Positions 1-9,555 of a DNA stretch of 64,000 bases are shown piece after piece. Position numbers and translations under genes: made by a program. The stretch's first letter is position 1. Every line of letters starts with the position of its first letter. Under the pieces are notes generated by a model. That model searched no databases. It had not been told where the DNA came from and saw nothing but the letters and a program-made list of their open reading frames with translations. The stretch is taken from IMG/VR virus record IMGVR_UViG_3300029740_000003, positions 18,145-82,144 of that record; one strand, written 5' to 3'. This DNA is from a virus. Taxonomy: Duplodnaviria; Heunggongvirae; Uroviricota; Caudoviricetes.

Positions 1-118
1 GGAACTAAACCCGTTTGCCTAATCCAGCCTTCTCAATGAGTAGAAACGTATTCTCCTGTTTTCTATCGTCGGGCTTACACGTGGCAAACCGTTAATTAGT
101 TAAGAAAAGAGCGGTCAT

Positions 119-1009
119 ATGATTGACAATAGCAACGAAGGCTACCTTCTGAAAGTTGCCGACAATCTGAAACTTATACCCATCGCTGGCGTCTTCCCTA
201 TAGAGAATACGGGAGCTGAGTTCTTTGAGAAAAGGAACGGAACGGTCACGGTCAATATTGCCCCGGAAAGAGGAAAGTGGGCTTATGGGAAGATTCCTAG
301 GCTTATTCTTCTCTACTTGAGTTCTTTAATCATGGAAAGGTCTGAGAAAGTCGATTTCGACAAAAAGACTATAGTCTTTAACGAATCATTCCGTTCTTTT
401 TGCAAGCACTCTGGCCTAACATATTACGGCGGTTTGGCCGAAAAAGTAGACGAGATGCTGAATCGTATACTGAATACGACTATCCAGTTTAGGGGCCGGT
501 TCGACGCGAAGGAAGAACGAATACTGGCCGTGGGAAACTATCGGATTTTCGATTACGGAGAATTCCACTTTCACGACGTGGACACTTCTCGGAAAACATA
601 TATCAGATTATCTGACTTGCTGTGGCGGATTCTTACGGAGAATTGCGTCCCCTTGAACAGAGGTATCGCCGCCCAATTAGGACGTTCCCCCAGAGCTTTG
701 GATATCTACCAGTGGCTTGCCTATCGAACATATGCCCTGAAAAAGCCCGTCGTCGTTTCTTGGGAGAATCTTCGGAGTCAGTTCGATTCAGCGGATACGC
801 CGATGTACTCTTTCAGACGGAGGTTTTGCCGGTCGTTGGAGAAGGTGTCGGACGCGTGGCCGGAGCTGGCGACTTCCGTTGGGGAAAAAGGATTGACGCT
901 CTATCCCAGCAGAAGCTCCCTCACTTCGGGAAAAGGAAAGGAAAAGGCTTTCGGACAGGGGGCCGTCTCTTCCGCAAAGGAGTCCGCCATGACGGAAAAC
1001 CCGTTCTAA
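119..1009 (+). CDS. RepA-family replication initiator-like protein (paralog 1 of 3)
   Basis: 296 aa; shares the motif block GKW(A/S)YG..PRL.LLY...LI....SRVDF and ALDIY.WLA(Y/F)RT with the ORFs at 55149-56091 and 40114-40878; the 55-kb copy sits beside parA and iterons. Confidence 0.5.
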   Translation: MIDNSNEGYLLKVADNLKLIPIAGVFPIENTGAEFFEKRNGTVTVNIAPERGKWAYGKIPRLILLYLSSLIMERSEKVDFDKKTIVFNESFRSFCKHSGLTYYGGLAEKVDEMLNRILNTTIQFRGRFDAKEERILAVGNYRIFDYGEFHFHDVDTSRKTYIRLSDLLWRILTENCVPLNRGIAAQLGRSPRALDIYQWLAYRTYALKKPVVVSWENLRSQFDSADTPMYSFRRRFCRSLEKVSDAWPELATSVGEKGLTLYPSRSSLTSGKGKEKAFGQGAVSSAKESAMTENPF

Positions 1010-1075
1010 CAAAAAGCTTGGGGCACCGGTTTTTCGATGCCCCAAGCTTTTTGTTGGGAAACGGAGGGGAAAGAG

Positions 1076-1990
1076 CTATGCGACAACGTCGTTGTACATG
1101 GCGAAGTTTTGCGCGTCGGCCATATCCCATGCTGTGAATTCGACTTCCTTCAAGGACTTGTCGTATCCGCAGTTTCGGAGCGCGTAGCGTGCCGCCGCGT
1201 CGATGCCTTTGCCGTAGTGCCCGTCGGCTTCCGCCTTGTCACGGAGTTCGGCAATGCCATGCAAGGCCGCGCTGATAGCCATTCCGGCCATTTTCGTCAC
1301 GTCATTGTCCGCGCTGATGGAGAACGGTTGCCAATCGCATGCGCCGCTTTTCTCGAACACCCAGAATTGCATAGCCACAGGCTTGCGTCTGGTGCGTTGG
1401 AATGCTTCCGCCGGACAGTTCGCAACCGCCTGACGGTAGAACGACGCCTGAATGTGATAACCGTATTCGATGACATGCTTGTGGAAGTCCGTGGCGCTGG
1501 CACTGCTCGCGGTCTTCAAATCCACGAGATAGTCAACGCCGGTCGGAATCAAATCCGGCTTGGCTTTCAATCCCAAGCCGGTATCGTCATCCGTCCACAC
1601 GATGCACTGTTCGCATGTGCCTTTGCCGATAAGGTCGTACATGTCGGGACGGGAGTCGATGATGTTCTGCTTCATGCGTTTGAGCAACTGCATATCCTTG
1701 TAGGATACGACGATGTTGCCCATCGCCTCTTGCGCTTCACGCCATGCTTTGTTGGCTTTGTTTTGGAAGGTCTGCCCCTCGTCAAGGCATACGACCTCGC
1801 TCGTGTTCAACAGGTAGGCGTGGAATGCGGTTCCGAACTTCATCGCGTCAGTCGGCGTATGGTCGCCCAACAGTCGGTCGTAAGCCCATTCCTTCGGATT
1901 TTTCAGGAACGCTTTCAACTGGCTCTGGTCGAGCGCGTCCATGGCGAAGTATTCCTCGTCGGTCGCGTCGATGATTTTCGCTTGGCTCAT
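1076..1990 (-). CDS. PD-(D/E)XK family nuclease (RecB-like fold)
   Basis: 304 aa; D-x(n)-VDYLVDLKT followed by QASFY (QxxxY), the signature of PD-(D/E)XK nucleases; stop codon cta verified at 1076-1078. Confidence 0.55.
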   Translation of the reverse strand: MSQAKIIDATDEEYFAMDALDQSQLKAFLKNPKEWAYDRLLGDHTPTDAMKFGTAFHAYLLNTSEVVCLDEGQTFQNKANKAWREAQEAMGNIVVSYKDMQLLKRMKQNIIDSRPDMYDLIGKGTCEQCIVWTDDDTGLGLKAKPDLIPTGVDYLVDLKTASSASATDFHKHVIEYGYHIQASFYRQAVANCPAEAFQRTRRKPVAMQFWVFEKSGACDWQPFSISADNDVTKMAGMAISAALHGIAELRDKAEADGHYGKGIDAAARYALRNCGYDKSLKEVEFTAWDMADAQNFAMYNDVVA

Positions 1991-1996
1991 GGAGGA

Positions 1997-2659
1997 TTAC
2001 TCCTCTTCGTCTCCGGTGATGGAAGTGTCTTCGCCTCGCGCTTCGGCGTCGGCCTTGACCGCGTCTTCGTCGGGCAGATGCACTTCGACCTTGTTGGTTT
2101 CGGCGTTCTGGAAGATAACAGGCTCCTCATAGTCGATGGGTTCGCCGGTCTGCGGGTCGAACTCCGGCTGGAGCTTCATGTTGTCAACGTAGTTGTAGGG
2201 GTTTCCATCGGCTTCGGCCTGTGCCCGGTCGATTTCCTCCCACGCGTCCTGCCATGCGGCGTACTCCTCCGCATAACCCGGATATGGTTCGATGTGGCGA
2301 ATCTCCCAGTCGAGGAATTGTTTATCGGTGATGGGCTGGGATGGTTCGAAACTGTTGGTCAGAGAGTCCGGAATCGGAACCGTGTATGATGCTCGGTTCC
2401 TTTCCTCCTCCTCGTCGGTCATCGGTTCGTCGAATACTACTTCGGAGTGGCCGTAATCGGTTGCCATTTTGGTCTTCTTTCTGATTTGCGCGGACATTTC
2501 CAAATATTGGACGGTTTCCAACCACATGCCGTGTGGCATTTCAAGTGGGTTTTTCTCCCACCGTTTATATGTGCTTGTTGACACGTCCAGTACTTCGGCT
2601 GTTTCAGCCTGTGTTTTTCCCGCTTGTATTCGAAGGTTGCGTAATGAGATGTTTCCCAT
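1997..2659 (-). CDS. XRE-family helix-turn-helix transcriptional regulator with acidic C-terminal extension
   Basis: N-terminal LRNLRIQAGKTQAETAEVLDVSTSTYKRWE is a classic Cro/C1-type HTH; C-terminus is Asp/Glu-rich. Confidence 0.6.
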   Translation of the reverse strand: MGNISLRNLRIQAGKTQAETAEVLDVSTSTYKRWEKNPLEMPHGMWLETVQYLEMSAQIRKKTKMATDYGHSEVVFDEPMTDEEEERNRASYTVPIPDSLTNSFEPSQPITDKQFLDWEIRHIEPYPGYAEEYAAWQDAWEEIDRAQAEADGNPYNYVDNMKLQPEFDPQTGEPIDYEEPVIFQNAETNKVEVHLPDEDAVKADAEARGEDTSITGDEEE

Positions 2660-2799
2660 TTTTTAGACAACTCCTTTCCTACAAGTTTCAACCCAACTAT
2701 AGCATTGGTTCACTTTTGAGCCAAATCGTATGATTGAGTATGCTGATAATCCTTGAAATTCAAAGGGACACGCCTGATTTCACAATAGTTCAAATATGA

Positions 2800-2827
2800 C
2801 CTATACTTGGACATGTCCACATAAAAG
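2800..2827 (+). promoter_or_regulatory. copy of recurrent promoter/operator motif (CCTATACTTGGACATGTCCACATAAAAG)
   Basis: -10-like TATACT followed by the perfect palindrome GGACATGTCC, about 110 nt upstream of the 2940 gene; same motif family as 13132, 36747, 59589, 60059, 62612, 62931 and the minus-strand copies. Confidence 0.45.
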
Positions 2828-2939
2828 AACTGACTTCCTCCACTCATGTCAAAGCATGTTCAAACTGTTTTCCGAATGGAAAAGGTTCATGCCTGATATT
2901 GGTGTGAGAGGAAAACGAAAATAAAGGAGAAAGCCAAAA

Positions 2940-4061
2940 ATGGCAGAGCAAGAGCAGTCCGCGTCAGTGCCGTCCACGCTCGACGTGTTCCTCCCCCATA
3001 TCACTCTTGGACGTTGCTCCCTCTTCGAGCCTTACGTTTTCAAGCAGAGCGACGATGACAAGAACAAGGACAAGGTTCCAAGTAAGCCGTCCTACATGTT
3101 CCGTGCGATTCTCGACAAGCGTCGTGACCGCGCCATTATCAAGAAGATTTCCGGCTATCAGAACGCATATATCGAAGAGCTGAAAGCCAAGCGCATGTTC
3201 GACAAGCGTGCCGCAATCCACTTCGCCCTCGTTGACTGCGATAGTGAGGAAGTCGAGGATAAGGACACCGGCGAACTGGTAATCATGTCCGAACGTGATT
3301 CCTCGCTGAGGGGCAAGTACATGCTTTCCGCCAAGTCTCGCGCAACCGAACCGCCGAGCGTCGGCTGGGTCGATGACAAGAACATCCTCCACCCCATGCC
3401 GAAACATTTCATCGTGAACGAGGAAGACCCCGATTCCGTTGAAGAGTACGAACGCCGACTCGACTTCTGGAAAGACAAGGTGTATGCGGGACAGTATGCG
3501 AGTGCCGTGCTTCGTCTTTCCGGCTGGCATCAGGCCAAGATTGGTCAGGGTGTGACCGGTCGAATCAAGAGCGTTGTCATTATCGGCGGCGGTACTCCGG
3601 CTGGCATCATGTCCCTTGAGGATGCTTTCACCGAAGAGCAGATTGCTGAAATGGTCGCATGGCGTGACCAGATGGTACCGGATTACGAGTCGGGCGACGA
3701 CCCGTGGAACAAGCGTGTCAAGCTTCGTTCCAGTTCTGACGTTGACGATTATGCTGAGGATGACGATGTGGAGGAAGAGGAGACTCCGAAGCCGCGTCGC
3801 AAGGCGAAGCCGGTCAAGCCGGTCGAACCGGAACCGGAAGAAGAGGACGACTACGAGTATGAGGAGGAGGCTCCGAAGCCGCGTCGTAAGACCAAGCCCG
3901 CCCGTAAGGTGAAGCCGGTCGAACCGGAAGAGGAATACGACGGCGTGGAGGAAGAGGAGGTTCCCGCTCCCCGACCGCGTAAGACCCGTAAGCCTGTCAA
4001 GGAAACGGTCGAAGACGATTACGACTCCGACTTTGACGAGGGTGCGGACACCGAATGGTGA
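2940..4061 (+). CDS. hypothetical protein with Lys/Pro/Glu-rich C-terminal repeats (PKPRRK.KPVKPVEPE) and acidic tail
   Basis: 373 aa ORF with good codon usage; repeated PKPRRKAKPVKPVEPE / PKPRRKTKPARKVKPVEPE units; no recognisable catalytic motif. Confidence 0.5.
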   Translation: MAEQEQSASVPSTLDVFLPHITLGRCSLFEPYVFKQSDDDKNKDKVPSKPSYMFRAILDKRRDRAIIKKISGYQNAYIEELKAKRMFDKRAAIHFALVDCDSEEVEDKDTGELVIMSERDSSLRGKYMLSAKSRATEPPSVGWVDDKNILHPMPKHFIVNEEDPDSVEEYERRLDFWKDKVYAGQYASAVLRLSGWHQAKIGQGVTGRIKSVVIIGGGTPAGIMSLEDAFTEEQIAEMVAWRDQMVPDYESGDDPWNKRVKLRSSSDVDDYAEDDDVEEEETPKPRRKAKPVKPVEPEPEEEDDYEYEEEAPKPRRKTKPARKVKPVEPEEEYDGVEEEEVPAPRPRKTRKPVKETVEDDYDSDFDEGADTEW

Positions 4062-4073
4062 TTGACTGATTCT

Positions 4074-4124
4074 AAAGAGTTATCCCAACCTACAAGTTTC
4101 TGTTGTAGGTTGGGATAACTCTTT
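4074..4124. terminator. bidirectional terminator: 22-bp perfect inverted repeat with 7-nt loop
   Basis: aaagagttatcccaacctacaa-gtttctg-ttgtaggttgggataactcttt between the convergent stops at 4061 and 4130. Confidence 0.7.
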
Positions 4125-4129
4125 TTAGG

Positions 4130-6814
4130 CTAGAACATCACGCCGCTGTTGCCGTCACCACCGGTGGACGGTTGCGACGGTGTAGCCGGTGTGGATGGAG
4201 TCGATGGTGTGGACGGGGTTGACGGCGTGGACTGCTGTTGCCTTGGAGCCGTATACTGCCGTTGCGGCGTATACGTGTACGTGTATTGCCGTTGCGGCGT
4301 GTAAGTCGGCTGGGACTGCTGTTGCTGTTGGGCCTGCTGATTTTTGGCCTCCTCCTCGGCTTTCTTCTTATCCTCTTCCGCCTTCTTCGCATTATCCGCG
4401 TCGGTCTTGGCCTTGCTGACCTTGCCCACCACATCTTGCAGACTGGACACCGCCTTGTTGGCGTCGGCCACATTGTCAGCCGTCACCTGCGTATCTTTCC
4501 ACTGTTTGACGAGACTGTTCATGGTCTTCTTATCCGACGAATCCGGAGCGTCGCCAAGTTTTCCGGCTTGGTCGATGAGACTCTTCAACTTATTGGACAC
4601 GTCCACGCTCTTCGACTGCAACGCCTTCCGATACGCGTTGTCGGTCGCCTTGTATTGAGCGTTCAACGCCTTCATTTTCTTGCCGATTGCCGCTTCGGTC
4701 ATCGGATTTCCTTCCGTGGCCTTGCTGAGCTTGTCACACTCCCCCAGCGTGGTCTTGTCGTCCTTCACGAGACTGTTCTTGATTTCCTTAATCAGGTCTT
4801 TCGCGTCGGCCACACGCTTGTCCCAATTGTTTTGGGCTTTCGTGAGCGAATCCTGCTTCTTTTGGATTTCAACCTGCCGGGCCTTCTCGGCTTGGGCGTG
4901 AGTGTATGTCGAATAAGCGTAATAGCCACCACCGCATAGAAGCGCGATACCGGCCAGAATCACCACGACCATGATAATGATTTTACGGATTCTGCCACCA
5001 TCGCCTTCACCGTCGGTGGTGTTTTCGGCTTCGGCATCATCCGCATAATCCAGCAGTTCGCCGTCGAATTGTTGCGGCGGAAAACCGGAGGACTGTTCTA
5101 CGGGCGTACTGTCGAACTGGTTTGCCTGTATACTGTCATCCCAGAAACCGTCATCCTCCTGTTGTGGCGCGGATTGTTGTTGCTGGGGTGCCGACTGTTC
5201 CTGACCGTTGGAACCATCCTCCCACCATTGGCCTTCACCATGGTCGTTGAAGATGCTGTTTCGACGGTAGAAGTCATCATCCGGCTGGTTGGACTGTTCG
5301 CCGTTCTGCTGGTTCGCCGGTTCGGTGTCGGATTGGCTCACCGGCGTATTGTCGTACTGGTTTTCCTGTCCGCCGTCGAATGGGCTTGCCTGTCCGCCGT
5401 CATCCGGTTCAGGCTGTTGGGCTGGAATCTCATCTCCCCAAATATCATCGTAGGCTACCGGAGCGGCGTTCTGTCCATACGGCGAATTGTCGTCACTGCT
5501 CCCCCATATATCCGGCTCGTTGGACGGCTGGCTTTCCGGCATACCGTTCAACTGGTTTGCTGTTTCGCCTGTGGGATTGTCTCCCCAAATATCCTGCTCA
5601 CCGTCCGACTGGATTGCCTGTCCGCTGTCCGACTGTTGAACCGGCTGAACGTCGGATTCATCTCCCCAGAAGTCTTGTTCGCTGGCCTGCCTGTCCGCCG
5701 TTTCACCATTCGACTGTTGGACTTGCCTGCCTGTGGGATTGTCTCCCCAGATATCCTGTTCGCCGTTCTGTTGGAACGCCTGAACGTCATCGGACTGTTG
5801 TTCAGGCATACTGGTCTGCTGTTGCGCCGGTTCGCCGGTATTCCAGAAATCATCATTTGACTGGTTTGCCGTTTCGCCGTTCGACTGTTGCGCCTGACCG
5901 TCGGCATACTGTTGTTCCGGCGAATCAACACTCCAAATATCCGCTTGACTGTCCTGCTGGCTGGCCGGATAATCGGCTTGTTGCGGTTCCGCCTGTTGTG
6001 GCATGTCATCCATCCGCCAGATGGAATCCTGTTCCGCCTGTCCAACGTTCTGCCTGTCCGCCGTTTCGCTGTTCTGTCGCCCATCCGGATTGACGGTATT
6101 CTGTCCTACCGTGGAGGCATCGGACTGTTCCCGCATGTTCCACATGGAGAACGGGTCTATGTCATCTTCAGACTGCTGGTTTCCCGCTACACCGGTTTGC
6201 TGTTCTGCCGGTTCGCCGTAAAACTGTTGTTCCTGCTGGAAAGCTGACTGCTCTTCCGTTCCAACAGCCGACTGTCCGACCGGCTCACCGTAGTATTGCT
6301 CAGCCGGTACGCCGTTTTCGACGGGGGACTGTCCGACCGGCATACCGGAATCCTGTTCAACCGTTTCGCCTGTATCGGACGATGGGGAACCCCACGGGTC
6401 TTCCAACAGACTGTCGATATCGATGGAATCCTCATCGACCGTACCATCATTCTGCTGGCTGACCGGTTTCACATCGACCGGCTCCACCGGTTGACTGTTG
6501 AAACGTGGAGGCGGCGTTGTGGAGGACTGGTTTTCACTATCGGACGGTACGGCGTCATTCCGTTCCGCCTGTCCACCGTTCCGCCTGTTCGACGTACCAT
6601 CATCGTTCCGGGAAGACGATTCTCCACTCGACTGCTTCGCCGTCGCACTGTTTTTCTTCCTCACAGTCGAAGAGGTGTTCCGCTTCGCCGGAGACTTCTT
6701 TTTCCTGCCCGCCGGTTTAGCGGCGGACTGCTCCACCGGCATGTCGGACATGTCCATCAAAAGAGACTCATCCAACCGGTTGTTGCCAATCAGAAAATCA
6801 TCCTGCTCAGACAT
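4130..6814 (-). CDS. large single-pass membrane protein: acidic Q-rich N-terminal region with about 10 Trp-containing repeats, TM helix, coiled-coil ectodomain, PSTPST tail
   Basis: 894 aa; repeats such as EQDIWGDNPTG, EPDIWGSSDD, EQDFWGDESD, DDGFWDDSIQ; TM IIIMVVVILAGIALLCGGGYYAY; C-terminus K/A/D-rich then PSTPSTPSTPSTPATPSQPS; last gene of the minus-strand operon. Confidence 0.55.
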   Translation of the reverse strand: MSEQDDFLIGNNRLDESLLMDMSDMPVEQSAAKPAGRKKKSPAKRNTSSTVRKKNSATAKQSSGESSSRNDDGTSNRRNGGQAERNDAVPSDSENQSSTTPPPRFNSQPVEPVDVKPVSQQNDGTVDEDSIDIDSLLEDPWGSPSSDTGETVEQDSGMPVGQSPVENGVPAEQYYGEPVGQSAVGTEEQSAFQQEQQFYGEPAEQQTGVAGNQQSEDDIDPFSMWNMREQSDASTVGQNTVNPDGRQNSETADRQNVGQAEQDSIWRMDDMPQQAEPQQADYPASQQDSQADIWSVDSPEQQYADGQAQQSNGETANQSNDDFWNTGEPAQQQTSMPEQQSDDVQAFQQNGEQDIWGDNPTGRQVQQSNGETADRQASEQDFWGDESDVQPVQQSDSGQAIQSDGEQDIWGDNPTGETANQLNGMPESQPSNEPDIWGSSDDNSPYGQNAAPVAYDDIWGDEIPAQQPEPDDGGQASPFDGGQENQYDNTPVSQSDTEPANQQNGEQSNQPDDDFYRRNSIFNDHGEGQWWEDGSNGQEQSAPQQQQSAPQQEDDGFWDDSIQANQFDSTPVEQSSGFPPQQFDGELLDYADDAEAENTTDGEGDGGRIRKIIIMVVVILAGIALLCGGGYYAYSTYTHAQAEKARQVEIQKKQDSLTKAQNNWDKRVADAKDLIKEIKNSLVKDDKTTLGECDKLSKATEGNPMTEAAIGKKMKALNAQYKATDNAYRKALQSKSVDVSNKLKSLIDQAGKLGDAPDSSDKKTMNSLVKQWKDTQVTADNVADANKAVSSLQDVVGKVSKAKTDADNAKKAEEDKKKAEEEAKNQQAQQQQQSQPTYTPQRQYTYTYTPQRQYTAPRQQQSTPSTPSTPSTPSTPATPSQPSTGGDGNSGVMF

Positions 6815-6849
6815 CTGCGAAACACCTCCAGACTATGATGGTCGGACTC

Positions 6850-8778
6850 TTACAAGCCCTGCTGTGCGGACTCTTTGGCAAGACTACGAGCGGCGGCTAC
6901 CGCGCTCACGTGGGGCACGTCAACTCCAGCCGCATACAGTTTGCTCGCATGAGCTGCGGCGGCGGCACCTTTCAACGGTTCGTCCCGGTCTGCCACGTCA
7001 CGACCGTCTTCACCGAATCCGCCTTCGGTCTCCAACCGGCTGGGGGAGTGGCTGTCATCCTCGTACATGGCACCGTCGTCGGGTTTTTCTGCGGCGGCGG
7101 GCACGGCCACGATGATGTCATCCCATGACCAGTGACCGGCCTCATCATTGCCTTTCGGGGGATTGTTCTCCAACATGTGCTCGCGAAGGATATCGCTCCA
7201 GCTTTTCCCATGCTTGTGGTCGTCCTCGTAGAAGCCCTTGTAAACGCAAGCCTCCTGACCGACAAGCTCGGCTATGCCGCAACCACGGGACACTCCAGCC
7301 TCGATAAGATAACTCGGCACAGTCGGAGCGTTCTTCGCATCATTCAGCACGGTGCCACGAACGGTATCGTTGACCTTGTCGCCCAACAGAATCTTCGACG
7401 GAAGATTGGTCCGGACACTCGGGTCAAGACCATTCTGGCTGGTCGCGGACTGGGCCGCATACATGAAGAAGATACCGCTGAAACGAACCGTCTGGCAGAT
7501 TTTCAGCAACGCCATATAATTCATCGCACGGATACCCTTCTCGTATTCGGCTTTGATACGGGTCGGATTATCCTTCGACAATCCCGGCGGAACGGTCAAC
7601 GGTGCCGCCCATTGCGCAATCTCATCGCACACCAACAGAATCGGCGGATACTGTTTACGGACATCCTCCGGCAGACCCCACCAATTCTCCTTGCCATACT
7701 GGTTGATGACATTCGCACGAACCGCGCTCAAGTCCAGAATGTGTTGCAAGGTGGCCGCGCAGGATTCCATGCTGTCGCAACCCCAACCATGGTCGATGAC
7801 CCACGGACGGCACCATTTGAAATCGACGCTCTTGTACTTGTCGTCGCATACCGCGAGTTGGCATCCGGCTGATACTGCGGCATATACAAGACAGTTGATG
7901 ACCACGCTCTTACCGCCATTGGAAGCGCCCGCGACCAGCACTCCGGACGCGTCCTTCCAATCGTTGTACAGCAGGTCGCCGGTCTCACGTCCACGGTCGG
8001 GAAGCTTCATACCAAAGTAGGCGTGGCGCAAATCGCTTTTCTTCCAGAACTCCTTCGGCGGATTGATGACCGCAGGGAAGGTCGGCGGCACTCCCGGATA
8101 CACGGTGATGACACCGTTCTCGGCATCAGCCTTGAAGAACCAACCTTCACCGCCGATAATCTCAACGGTCTCCTGAATCTTCGTATCATGCTTGGAAGGA
8201 CGATACGTGGCCGCATTGCCTTTGATACGGATTTTCCAACCACCCTCAGCGGTCGGCGTCAGACGGATAAGCCACGGATACTTCTGCAAACCCAACGCCT
8301 CAGCGAACTGTTGGCGAATCGAAATGGTCTTATCGTCCATCAACTGCAACAGCACGACGCTCTTGGAACTGGTGCGCGGAATGAAATCGATTACCTTCCA
8401 TGTCATGCCCGACACATGTTTGATGGTTGGGTCTGTACTGTTGGCATAATTCAGTTCGATACGGGCGACGGTATCCTTCTGACGGGCTTCGCCCATACAG
8501 TCGGCGGCGTCGATTTCATCACCGTGCGCCATGCCCTCCGTGAGAAGCTTCTGCATCTCCTTATCGTCGGTAGACATAGCCATCGGAGCGATGTAGGCGT
8601 AGAGTCCGTCCGGGCTGATGCTGTCGATGAGATAGCCTTCATATTTTTCAGGCTGGCGTGCGGCCTTCTCCTGAATTTTTCGGGTCAACCGCATCATATC
8701 GTCCGGATTGTGCGCGTCGAACCCTTCGGGGAACATTTTGGACAATCCGATTTTGATTTTCGGTCGTGTCTCAGGCAT
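6850..8778 (-). CDS. FtsK/SpoIIIE-family P-loop ATPase (putative conjugative DNA translocase/coupling protein, TcpA/TraB-like)
   Basis: 642 aa; Walker A GASNGGKSVVINCL, Walker B LLVCDEIAQW; strong RBS GAAGGAGGAAACCACA upstream of ATG at 8778; 8-nt overlap with upstream gene. Confidence 0.65.
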   Translation of the reverse strand: MPETRPKIKIGLSKMFPEGFDAHNPDDMMRLTRKIQEKAARQPEKYEGYLIDSISPDGLYAYIAPMAMSTDDKEMQKLLTEGMAHGDEIDAADCMGEARQKDTVARIELNYANSTDPTIKHVSGMTWKVIDFIPRTSSKSVVLLQLMDDKTISIRQQFAEALGLQKYPWLIRLTPTAEGGWKIRIKGNAATYRPSKHDTKIQETVEIIGGEGWFFKADAENGVITVYPGVPPTFPAVINPPKEFWKKSDLRHAYFGMKLPDRGRETGDLLYNDWKDASGVLVAGASNGGKSVVINCLVYAAVSAGCQLAVCDDKYKSVDFKWCRPWVIDHGWGCDSMESCAATLQHILDLSAVRANVINQYGKENWWGLPEDVRKQYPPILLVCDEIAQWAAPLTVPPGLSKDNPTRIKAEYEKGIRAMNYMALLKICQTVRFSGIFFMYAAQSATSQNGLDPSVRTNLPSKILLGDKVNDTVRGTVLNDAKNAPTVPSYLIEAGVSRGCGIAELVGQEACVYKGFYEDDHKHGKSWSDILREHMLENNPPKGNDEAGHWSWDDIIVAVPAAAEKPDDGAMYEDDSHSPSRLETEGGFGEDGRDVADRDEPLKGAAAAAHASKLYAAGVDVPHVSAVAAARSLAKESAQQGL

Positions 8779-9493
8779 TGTGGTTTCCTCCTTCGAATGC
8801 GTGAGGTTGACTGATTGGTTTCAACGCTCCGAACCGGTCTTCGTAGAATCCTTGTCCGGGTAGCAGTTGGAAGCTGTGGTCGGCGAGACGGGTGATGAGA
8901 TGGCTCGCCTGTTCCCTGTTGGATGGGAGTACATATTTCTCGATGGGGGAGTACCCCAAGTGGACGTGACCACTATGGGAGATGACGTTCTTCAAAAGGG
9001 AATGCTCCTCCATGGGGAACGTGGATGATACAAGCACCAGATACACGCGCAGTCCGGAGATTCCGGTTTCGACTTCCCGTAGGCGTTCCTCGACGGCACG
9101 CAGATAATATCGGTCTTCGGTCTCCATGAGCGTATCCAAGTCCTCGAAGACAAGCAGAAGCGGACGTGGGGTCGGCTCTCCTTCCACTCCATGCTTTTCG
9201 ATGCATGTTCCACGCCGTCTGATTTCAGCCACCGTCCGGTCAAGCACCTCCAACGTTTCGGCCTTTGCTTCATAGTCAACCTGACTGACGATGGGGGAGG
9301 GGAGCGGCTTGCCCTCGAAGTCGAAACGAATGACCGCATACTGTGCGGCCAAAGCCTGCAACATGATGGAATCCGCAAGCATGGTCTTGCCCGAACCATG
9401 ATTGCCGCTGATGGTCAGCATGTTCTGATTGCCTTCTTCAGTACGCCATTCGACCGGAAGGCCGTGAATATCATCACCTAGAATGAACGACAT
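8771..9493 (-). CDS. P-loop NTPase (Walker A/B) of unknown role
   Basis: Walker A ISGNHGSGKTMLA, Walker B LLLVFEDLD; start chosen at ATG 9493 (MSFILGDD) with RBS AAAGGAGGGG, rather than the longest ORF start at 9562. Confidence 0.5.
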   Translation of the reverse strand: MSFILGDDIHGLPVEWRTEEGNQNMLTISGNHGSGKTMLADSIMLQALAAQYAVIRFDFEGKPLPSPIVSQVDYEAKAETLEVLDRTVAEIRRRGTCIEKHGVEGEPTPRPLLLVFEDLDTLMETEDRYYLRAVEERLREVETGISGLRVYLVLVSSTFPMEEHSLLKNVISHSGHVHLGYSPIEKYVLPSNREQASHLITRLADHSFQLLPGQGFYEDRFGALKPISQPHAFEGGNHNA

Positions 9494-9555
9494 TTTTTTT
9501 TGGAATTCCCCTCCTTTGGGATTGTTGGAAAAGACGAGCCGGAAGAGCGGGATGA

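Noticed and set aside
1037-2389. Long antisense ORFs opposite real genes (e.g. 1037-2389 +, 5069-5860 +, 5380-6093 +, 7132-7872 +, 8023-8814 +, 18578-19906 +, 31350-32279 +, 35804-36685 +)
   Set aside because: These are high-GC frame shadows. They overlap well-supported genes with recognisable domains on the opposite strand and have Arg/Gly/Val-rich, stop-poor composition typical of antisense GC-rich DNA.
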